Part shown: positions 1 to 4,727 of the stretch, piece after piece
Layout of the letters: each line of letters starts with the position of its first letter
Numbering within the stretch: position 1 is the first letter of the stretch
Notes under the pieces: generated by a model
Told to the model about the DNA's origin: nothing
The model's database searches: none
The model's input: only the letters and a program-made list of their open reading frames with translations
From: an archaeon
Lineage (GTDB): Archaea > Iainarchaeota > Iainarchaeia > Iainarchaeales > CSSED10-239
Length of the DNA: 7,678 nt
Assembly: GCA_035387745.1 (NCBI GenBank)
Contig: DAOOON010000030.1
Coordinates: 1 to 7,678 of the forward strand
Direction: 5' to 3'
Translations under genes and position numbers: made by a program

Positions 1-39
1 ATACATAAGCTAAAGAGAGAAAATGAGGCTCTTTCTAAA

Positions 40-804
40 TTAAAGAAATAGTTTTTTAAAGCTAGATATGATTTCGCCACTTGCCTCTTTAAAACCCGGA
101 ACATTAAGAATCAACTGAGGTAATTCTGTTTCCCAGAGTTTTTCTCTGTCTTCTATTTCTGTAATAAATTCTTTTAAATTAAATTTTTGATTATAGAATG
201 CCAGTTTTTTATTTATTATATCCTTATCAATTTCTATTTTTTTTAATATTAAGAAATATAAGTCATAAACATCTCTCGCTTTTTTTCTAGTCATTATGGC
301 CCGCACTTTTTCTGCTAATATTTCTTTAATATCTAAGGTGTTGATATAAAATACAGGGAATTCGTTATAGATGTGATTTATTCTAGAAACTGCGCCATTA
401 GAGAGGTAGTCGTTTCTTCTAGAGAAATCAATAGTGTTTTTGCATCTGGTGTTGTTTGTATTTTTATATAATGGCCCGTAGAAATAAACTTGTGTGTCTT
501 GAAATTTATTGTCTTCTATTTTATAGTCAATTACAATATCATAGTCTGCAAGAAACGTTTTTATTTTATTTAATGTTTCATCAATATTCAAATCTTTATC
601 AACTACATTAAAATCCAGATCTTCAGAAAATCTATCCAGTCCATAACAAAGCATTAGTGCTGTTCCTCCTTTAAACATTAATTTTTCAGGAAATAATTTA
701 GATATTGCAAAAAGTATTGCAATATGCAGGTAGTTTTTTTCAGTTTGCCCCAGATTGAAATTTATTTTTTTTTTATATTCTTTTAATTCATCAATATTGA
801 TCAT
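40..804 (-). CDS. abiEii: AbiEii/AbiGii-family nucleotidyltransferase toxin (type IV toxin-antitoxin, DUF1814/PF08843-like)
   Basis: The ORF is 40..819. It contains the family-typical block FKGGTALMLCYGLDRFSEDLDF (GGTAL ... R.SEDLDF nucleotidyltransferase motif). It lies directly downstream of, and overlaps, an AbiEi-like gene. I prefer the second ATG at 804 (MINIDELKEY...) because GAGG (reverse complement of 814-817) sits 9 nt upstream of it. The ATG at 819 is itself part of that GAGG context. Confidence 0.85.
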   Translation of the reverse strand: MINIDELKEYKKKINFNLGQTEKNYLHIAILFAISKLFPEKLMFKGGTALMLCYGLDRFSEDLDFNVVDKDLNIDETLNKIKTFLADYDIVIDYKIEDNKFQDTQVYFYGPLYKNTNNTRCKNTIDFSRRNDYLSNGAVSRINHIYNEFPVFYINTLDIKEILAEKVRAIMTRKKARDVYDLYFLILKKIEIDKDIINKKLAFYNQKFNLKEFITEIEDREKLWETELPQLILNVPGFKEASGEIISSFKKLFL

Positions 805-1486
805 AATCAAGAACCTCATTTATATTTATTTTCCATTTTGCGTTGTTGATTTTTGATTTTTTAAGTTTTCTGTTTAATAGGATGTATTTTTTAGTGTTTT
901 TAATTTTTGATAGATATTCTTCATAGATGTCTATTCCCTTAATTTCTAGTAGATACCCTGTTCTTCTTATTAAATCAAGATTATTTATTCTATTTAAATA
1001 ATTAATTAGTTTATCTTTGTCTAGATTGTCTTTTAATAATTTATGTAATTCAGATATACTAACATATTTTTGATAGATTAAACAATCTAATAGTAGTTTT
1101 TCTTTCTCTGCAATAAATATTTCAAAATCGCCATATCTTATTTTTTTATATCCAAAAAAATTTCTTTTATTTATTTTAATAAACTTTATTTGCCTTAGTT
1201 CTTTTTTTTGTTTAGTTATAGCAACTGTTGCTTTTAACGGTATTTGAGTAGTATAGCCATAAAAATTAAGCGCAGATAAAAAAGAAAGATAAGATGGATT
1301 AATAATTTGTGTTGCATAAATTAATGGATCCTCGTGCAGCGTATATTTCCCTTTTTCTATAGTTTTTATTTTTGTAATGTGTCTGCAGATATATACTTCT
1401 GGATATTTAATCCCATAGTGTAATTTTAGATCTTTGTTTCTAAACAAAGGCAGTTTAGTGAGTTTTGATAAATCCATAATAAACAT
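791..1486 (-). CDS. abiEi: AbiEi-family antitoxin / wHTH transcriptional regulator
   Basis: This 231-aa ORF sits upstream of, and overlaps, the AbiEii gene (14 nt overlap with start 804, 29 nt with start 819). It has an N-terminal IEKGKY-type wHTH signature. PSYLSFLSALNFYGYTTQIP and EKEKLLLDCL resemble the conserved AbiEi blocks (P.Y.S..SAL..yG...Q.P; EkalLD). The start could be ATG 1486 or ATG 1477 (MDLSKL...). No SD is present, so the transcript is probably leaderless. Confidence 0.75.
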   Translation of the reverse strand: MFIMDLSKLTKLPLFRNKDLKLHYGIKYPEVYICRHITKIKTIEKGKYTLHEDPLIYATQIINPSYLSFLSALNFYGYTTQIPLKATVAITKQKKELRQIKFIKINKRNFFGYKKIRYGDFEIFIAEKEKLLLDCLIYQKYVSISELHKLLKDNLDKDKLINYLNRINNLDLIRRTGYLLEIKGIDIYEEYLSKIKNTKKYILLNRKLKKSKINNAKWKININEVLDYDQY

Positions 1487-1520
1487 ATATATAAAAACAT
1501 TTATAACCCTTTTTATATAT
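1487..1520 (-). promoter_or_regulatory. Candidate abiE promoter/operator: 11-bp perfect inverted repeat bracketing a TATA-like box
   Basis: ATATATAAAAA (1487-1497) and TTTTTATATAT (1510-1520) are exact reverse complements separated by 12 nt. On the minus strand the spacer reads TTATAAAT (1499-1506). The element abuts the abiEi start codon. On the minus strand ATATATAAAA lies at -34..-25 of ATG 1486, and TTATAAAT lies at -29..-22 of ATG 1477. Confidence 0.4.
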
Positions 1521-1580
1521 TAAATTATACAAAAAAGTACAATTTACGTTATAAAAAGTAGGCGACATAAAAATAGTAAA

Positions 1581-1606
1581 AAAAGATATCGTTTTTGATA
1601 TCTTTT
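1581..1606. terminator. Perfect 10-bp stem hairpin flanked by A/T runs (bidirectional terminator-like)
   Basis: AAAAGATATC (1581-1590), loop GTTTTT, GATATCTTTT (1597-1606). On the plus strand it is followed by GGAG then T7 (1611-1617). On the minus strand it is followed by TTTACTATTTTT. No annotated gene ends here, so the terminated transcript is unknown. Confidence 0.4.
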
Positions 1607-1922
1607 GGAGTTTTTTTATTATTTTGGCTTTTATTTATTTTAGGTGATCAAACTCATACACCCCTGTTTAGTTAAATGTTTTTGATTTTAGCAATTTAAT
1701 AAAATTAGAAAAGGTGCAGTCTTTTATTTCATAATTTTTTTCTTCAAGAAGGCGCACTCTTCCACCCCCTGTGTAATTTAGTTTTTATTTTTTGAAAAAT
1801 GTATTTTAAGCTATATAATATATAAGAAAAAAAATCTAAGTAAAACGCAGTTTCTATTTTTTTTAAAATTCTTATTTTAAGGGGCCAATTATACATAAAA
1901 ACGGGTTTAATTTTGCCATAAC

Positions 1923-1948
1923 CTCGCTATTTCTCTAATATTTCAGCC
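1923..1948 (+). repeat. Possible interrupted fourth copy of the boundary motif (CTCGCTAT / 13-nt insert / CAGCC)
   Basis: CTCGCTAT (1923-1930) is identical to 4503-4510. It is followed by ttctctaatattt and then CAGCC (1944-1948), where the intact motif has CAGAC. It lies 226 nt before the S-layer ATG, and the intact copy at 4503 lies 225 nt before the ATPase-1 ATG. TTCAGCCA (1942-1949) recurs at 6094-6101. Confidence 0.3.
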
Positions 1949-2106
1949 ACTAAAAAAGTAAGCTCTAAAAACCAACCCTTTTTAAACATTACTGCCCCTT
2001 AAGTTCTATATTCCACATATATGGAATAACTGAATCTGTTTTGTACTGGAGTTTATTTTTGAGCCAGTCATTAATACACACAGGTTCAATCTTCATAAAC
2101 AAAAAA

Positions 2107-2130
2107 AGTTTCTTTGTTAGAAAAGAAACT
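2107..2130 (+). promoter_or_regulatory. 5' leader hairpin of the S-layer mRNA
   Basis: AGTTTCTTT (2107-2115), loop GTTAGA, AAAGAAACT (2122-2130). This is a 9-bp perfect stem ending 5 nt before the GGAGG RBS. The position is typical of stabilising leader hairpins in highly expressed surface-protein genes. Confidence 0.45.
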
Positions 2131-2135
2131 AAAAT

Positions 2136-2140
2136 GGAGG
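2136..2140 (+). promoter_or_regulatory. Shine-Dalgarno (GGAGG) of the S-layer gene
   Basis: GGAGG lies 8 nt before ATG 2149. It is the only strong SD in the window. Confidence 0.7.
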
Positions 2141-2148
2141 AGAAATAA

Positions 2149-2232
2149 ATGAAGAATATAAATGTAAAGAAAGTAGTTGCTGGCGCAGCAGCACTTGCAT
2201 TAGGTGTAGGTGTTCTTGGCGTAGCAATAGCT
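2149..2232 (+). other. Signal peptide (residues 1-28), predicted cleavage after AIA
   Basis: MKNINVKK forms a basic n-region. VVAGAAALALGVGVLGVAIA forms a hydrophobic h-region ending in an A-x-A motif, followed by GNNNGT. Confidence 0.6.
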
Positions 2233-4404
2233 GGTAACAACAATGGTACAGCATTTGGTTCTGTTGCAAAGACAGATGTTTACAACACAGCAGACATGTC
2301 ACCAAAAGTAACCTTAGTTACCGGAACAGTCGGAGACGATGATGCATGGGCACAAAACATTGCAAACGCAATTGCAAGTAATGCAAAGAGAGAGAACCCA
2401 CTATATGCTTCATGGGTACCATCCGATGGCGAAACAACCACAACAACCGGCGAAGGTAAAGAATTCAAAAAGAACGAAATAGGAGACGATTTTGCGGATT
2501 TAAAACTAGATTATAAAGACTATCCTGCGCTTGGAGACTATAAAGTAAAAGTAAATAATACAAAATTTGGAACAACAGAGATAAAAGTAAAAGATTTCTT
2601 ACTTGTTTCAGGTAATGTTGCTTTTGATCCAGACGAAGATGTAAAAGACTTAACAACAACAATAGAGTCCCAACAATTAAAATACCAGGTAACATTTACA
2701 CCAGGAATAAAAGACGGTGCAGATGATACAGGAAGTCCAGATTTCAAATTCGAGATTATGGGTAAAGAATATACACTAGAAGAATGGGACGGTACATCAA
2801 AAGAATTAACTCTTGTTCAAAATAAGGCAACCACACCATATAGTGAAGGAGATTCTTTTACAGCAGATAATTACACAATAGAAGTAGTAAACATCCTTGA
2901 TTCTGGGGCAGAGAATGAATACGAAGTAGAATTAAGATTAAAGGATGCTTCAGGCACAGTCAAATCTACAGACATATTTGTAGCAGGAGACGAAATATTT
3001 AGTGACTATCTTGATGTAACTGTAGAAATTTCAAAAGTATATTCTAACAGAGTTGCGGTGGTCGCAGGAACTAGTGCAAAATTAACTCTTAAAGACGGAG
3101 ATTTAATTGAGGATTTCCCAGAATCTGAAGATGAGTTATGGGCAGTAGATATGGAGGTTGTTGATAAAGCATTAATAAGCATAACAATCTATAATGATGA
3201 CCCAGATGTAGAATGGAAAAACGAAAACGCTCTAAAAATCGGAGATTCAGCATCATATCCATTTGACTTTGCAAAAGTTAAGTTTGAAGGTCTTACAGAA
3301 GAGGATTCAAAAGCAGTAACTGTTGAAGATGGATATATAAATTATACAGATGCAGATGACGAAGATCACGAAATATTCTTTTACGACTATGCTTCCTGGA
3401 GTAACGGTGTAGAAAGATATACCACAAGAAAAACAATTGATGACAAGAAACTGTACTTTGATTTCAATACAACTTCTGGTAAATTTACTATACAAGAAAC
3501 AAACAGCGACGGGGAATATCTAGATCACGACGGAACTTGGGGTACATTACACGAATACGATATACCAGATAACAATACAATCGACTTTAATGTTGGATTA
3601 TGGAATAATGAAGAGGAACTAGTGACCTATACCATATATACCGATTCAAATACAAGCATTAAAAAAATCGCTGTTGGCTTAAAAAAAGGAGCTACAGGAA
3701 CCATAAACGATTTAGACAAGGACCACACTTGGGAAATTGGTGACATATATGACAGCGTAGATGTTGACAACCACAAAACCGGTATAATGATCGGTGATAA
3801 CGATGATGGCTTTGCAACAGCAGCACTAAAGTCTATGTTTGAATTTATCGTTTCAGATGATACAGAAGGGGCATTTACTGCACATATCGACGCATATACA
3901 GGCAATTTAGTAAATACCAGCAGTACAAAGTACAAAGCAGGTCTTGTTCAAGTTACTTCTGAAGACTTCTATGATTTAGATCAAGAAGAAACAGATGATT
4001 TAAGATGGGCATATACCGATTGGGGCACAAAGTACGAAGTTGATGGTGGTAAATTCACTGCAACAATACCAGAAGAGCAATTATATGCAAAAATCTTTAT
4101 CGGTGCAGGAACAGTAACAACAGGCGGTACAGAAGAGAACCCATATGATGAATACATTATGACTCCAGTAACCGTGTCAGATCTTCTAAAGAAAGACTCT
4201 ATGGCAGCAACCGGTACCTTAATCGTTGTCGGTGGACACCTTGCAAATACAGTAGCAGACGGTATAACAAATACCTTCCTTGCACAAACAGGAGATTACA
4301 TTGTGGGTAAATACTCAAACGGTAATATCTACGTTGCAGGTTGGACAAAGGCAGACACAGGTACAGCAGCAGGCGAATTAGTAACCACAATAAATGGTTG
4401 GTAA
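2149..4404 (+). CDS. Secreted S-layer-like surface (glyco)protein
   Basis: The ORF is 751 aa and has the highest G+C in the window. The N-terminus is a signal peptide. PKVTLVTGTVGDDDAWAQNIANAIAS resembles the N-terminal vvVG..a..D...A..IA block of Methanococcales-type S-layer proteins. LIVVGGHLANTVADGI ... NIYVAGWTKADTGTAAGELV resembles the C-terminal VGGp.AN ... VAG....T..AA..L block (PF05123/PF05124, TIGR01564-like; from memory, not searched). The protein is very acidic, has a TTTTT linker and 8 N-x-S/T sequons, and lacks a C-terminal TM anchor. Confidence 0.7.
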   Translation: MKNINVKKVVAGAAALALGVGVLGVAIAGNNNGTAFGSVAKTDVYNTADMSPKVTLVTGTVGDDDAWAQNIANAIASNAKRENPLYASWVPSDGETTTTTGEGKEFKKNEIGDDFADLKLDYKDYPALGDYKVKVNNTKFGTTEIKVKDFLLVSGNVAFDPDEDVKDLTTTIESQQLKYQVTFTPGIKDGADDTGSPDFKFEIMGKEYTLEEWDGTSKELTLVQNKATTPYSEGDSFTADNYTIEVVNILDSGAENEYEVELRLKDASGTVKSTDIFVAGDEIFSDYLDVTVEISKVYSNRVAVVAGTSAKLTLKDGDLIEDFPESEDELWAVDMEVVDKALISITIYNDDPDVEWKNENALKIGDSASYPFDFAKVKFEGLTEEDSKAVTVEDGYINYTDADDEDHEIFFYDYASWSNGVERYTTRKTIDDKKLYFDFNTTSGKFTIQETNSDGEYLDHDGTWGTLHEYDIPDNNTIDFNVGLWNNEEELVTYTIYTDSNTSIKKIAVGLKKGATGTINDLDKDHTWEIGDIYDSVDVDNHKTGIMIGDNDDGFATAALKSMFEFIVSDDTEGAFTAHIDAYTGNLVNTSSTKYKAGLVQVTSEDFYDLDQEETDDLRWAYTDWGTKYEVDGGKFTATIPEEQLYAKIFIGAGTVTTGGTEENPYDEYIMTPVTVSDLLKKDSMAATGTLIVVGGHLANTVADGITNTFLAQTGDYIVGKYSNGNIYVAGWTKADTGTAAGELVTTINGW

Positions 4405-4418
4405 ATAAGTCTAAAACC

Positions 4419-4465
4419 AAAATTGTAAGCTAATAACTTACAATTTTCTTTTCTTTTTCTTTTTG
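4419..4465 (+). terminator. Hairpin plus oligo-T terminator of the S-layer gene
   Basis: AAAATTGTAAG (4419-4429), loop CTAATAA, CTTACAATTTT (4437-4447). This 11-bp perfect stem starts 15 nt after the stop codon and is followed by CTTTTCTTTTTCTTTTT (to 4465). Confidence 0.65.
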
Positions 4466-4495
4466 AACCGGTTTTACGCGGATTCACGCGCAATA

Positions 4496-4515
4496 TTTAA
4501 AACTCGCTATCAGAC
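4496..4515 (+). repeat. Boundary motif copy 1: TTTAAAACTCGCTATCAGAC
   Basis: The 13-nt core CTCGCTATCAGAC is at 4503-4515. The 20-mer matches 6008-6027 at 19 of 20 positions (C/T at core position 3). It lies 225 nt upstream of ATG 4728. Confidence 0.85.
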
Positions 4516-4548
4516 CATAATCTTACAATCACACAATGCATCATTGTA

Positions 4549-4589
4549 AATGACACAAAATAGAAAAATGTGTCATTACAAATGACACA
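4549..4589. repeat. Three AATGACACA half-sites (direct, inverted, direct)
   Basis: AATGACACA at 4549-4557, its exact complement TGTGTCATT at 4569-4577, and AATGACACA again at 4581-4589. The last two form a perfect 9+9 palindrome with a 3-nt spacer. The larger direct repeats TCATTGTAAATGACACA (4541-4557) and TCATTACAAATGACACA (4573-4589) differ at 2 positions. Confidence 0.7.
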
Positions 4590-4610
4590 TCTAAAAGATG
4601 TTTAAATATC
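4590..4610 (+). promoter_or_regulatory. Conserved distal TATA-like block (TCTAAAAGATGTTTAAATATC)
   Basis: This block is collinear with TCTAGAAAAATGTTCTTTAATATC at 6142-6165 and loosely with 1964-1990 upstream of the S-layer gene. In both ATPase spacers it is preceded by an identical ATTACAAATG (4575-4584 and 6119-6128). It could be a second promoter giving a leader of about 95 nt. Confidence 0.3.
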
Positions 4611-4638
4611 ATAATCTAAACAACACCGCGCGCATGTG

Positions 4639-4692
4639 TTCGTTACTATCGAAAGCTTTGCTTAGTAATCATTCGTTACTATCGAAAGCTTT
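4639..4692 (+). repeat. Two perfect 21-nt direct repeats TTCGTTACTATCGAAAGCTTT, period 33 nt
   Basis: The copies are at 4639-4659 and 4672-4692. Each contains the 8-bp palindrome AAAGCTTT. The second copy overlaps the proximal TATA-like box by 3 nt. Confidence 0.9.
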
Positions 4693-4699
4693 AAATATT
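4690..4699 (+). promoter_or_regulatory. Proximal TATA-like box (TTTAAATATT) of ATPase-1
   Basis: It starts 38 nt before ATG 4728 (32 nt before TTG 4722). No SD is present, which suggests a leaderless or very short-leader mRNA. Confidence 0.5.
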
Positions 4700-4727
4700 A
4701 TTTCAACCACTATATTTATGATTGTGT

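Noticed and set aside
12-34. Weak hairpin AAAGAG(12-17)/CTCTTT(29-34) just downstream of the abiEii stop
   Set aside because: The stem is only 6 bp with an 11-nt loop, and no clear oligo-T follows on the minus strand. This is insufficient to call a terminator.
2078-2095. tRNA T-loop-like GGTTCAATC
   Set aside because: The flanking bases do not form a T-stem, and no acceptor or anticodon arms can be drawn. The region is AT-rich, unlike structured RNAs in low-GC archaea.
1989-2243. Minus-strand 84-aa ORF overlapping the S-layer start
   Set aside because: Its N-terminal part is the antisense of the Ala/Gly-rich signal-peptide codons (hence the PAIATPRTPTP.. string). The rest runs through the S-layer RBS and leader hairpin. 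There are no independent signals.
2149-4404. Diversity-generating retroelement or hypervariable repeat target in the S-layer gene
   Set aside because: There is no reverse transcriptase, no template-repeat-like duplicate of any part of the gene, and no internal tandem repeats visible.
2280-4420. Seven minus-strand ORFs of 61-102 aa (2280-2468, 2465-2695, 2538-2747, 3089-3274, 3307-3495, 3627-3935, 4199-4420)
   Set aside because: All are fully antisense to the long, well-supported S-layer CDS. Their composition is low-complexity and Leu/Ser-rich, and they have no start context or promoter. They are shadow ORFs of a relatively G+C-rich gene.
4419-4530. Integron attC-like site (ATTGTAAG at 4422-4429 can pair with CTTACAAT at 4437-4444 or at 4522-4529, bracketing the motif)
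   Set aside because: There is no GTTRRRY/RYYYAAC core pair, and no extended imperfect palindrome at the other two boundaries. No integrase lies in the window. The cassette analogy is kept only at the level of organisation.
4511-4544. C/D-box sRNA on the minus strand (CTGA inside the reverse-complemented motif GTCTGATAGCGAG; ATGATGC from the complement of 4538-4544)
   Set aside because: The C-like and D-like boxes are only about 23 nt apart, and no terminal stem forms. The other two motif copies have no C box (no TCATCA on the plus strand nearby).
4722-4727. TTG start (MCM...) for ATPase-1, and ATG 819 (MRFLIM...) for abiEii
   Set aside because: The in-frame ATG at 4728 aligns better with the paralogue N-terminus (MITKDELKK versus MYSKEQLKE). 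For abiEii, GAGG precedes ATG 804 by 9 nt. The upstream starts are not excluded, only less likely.
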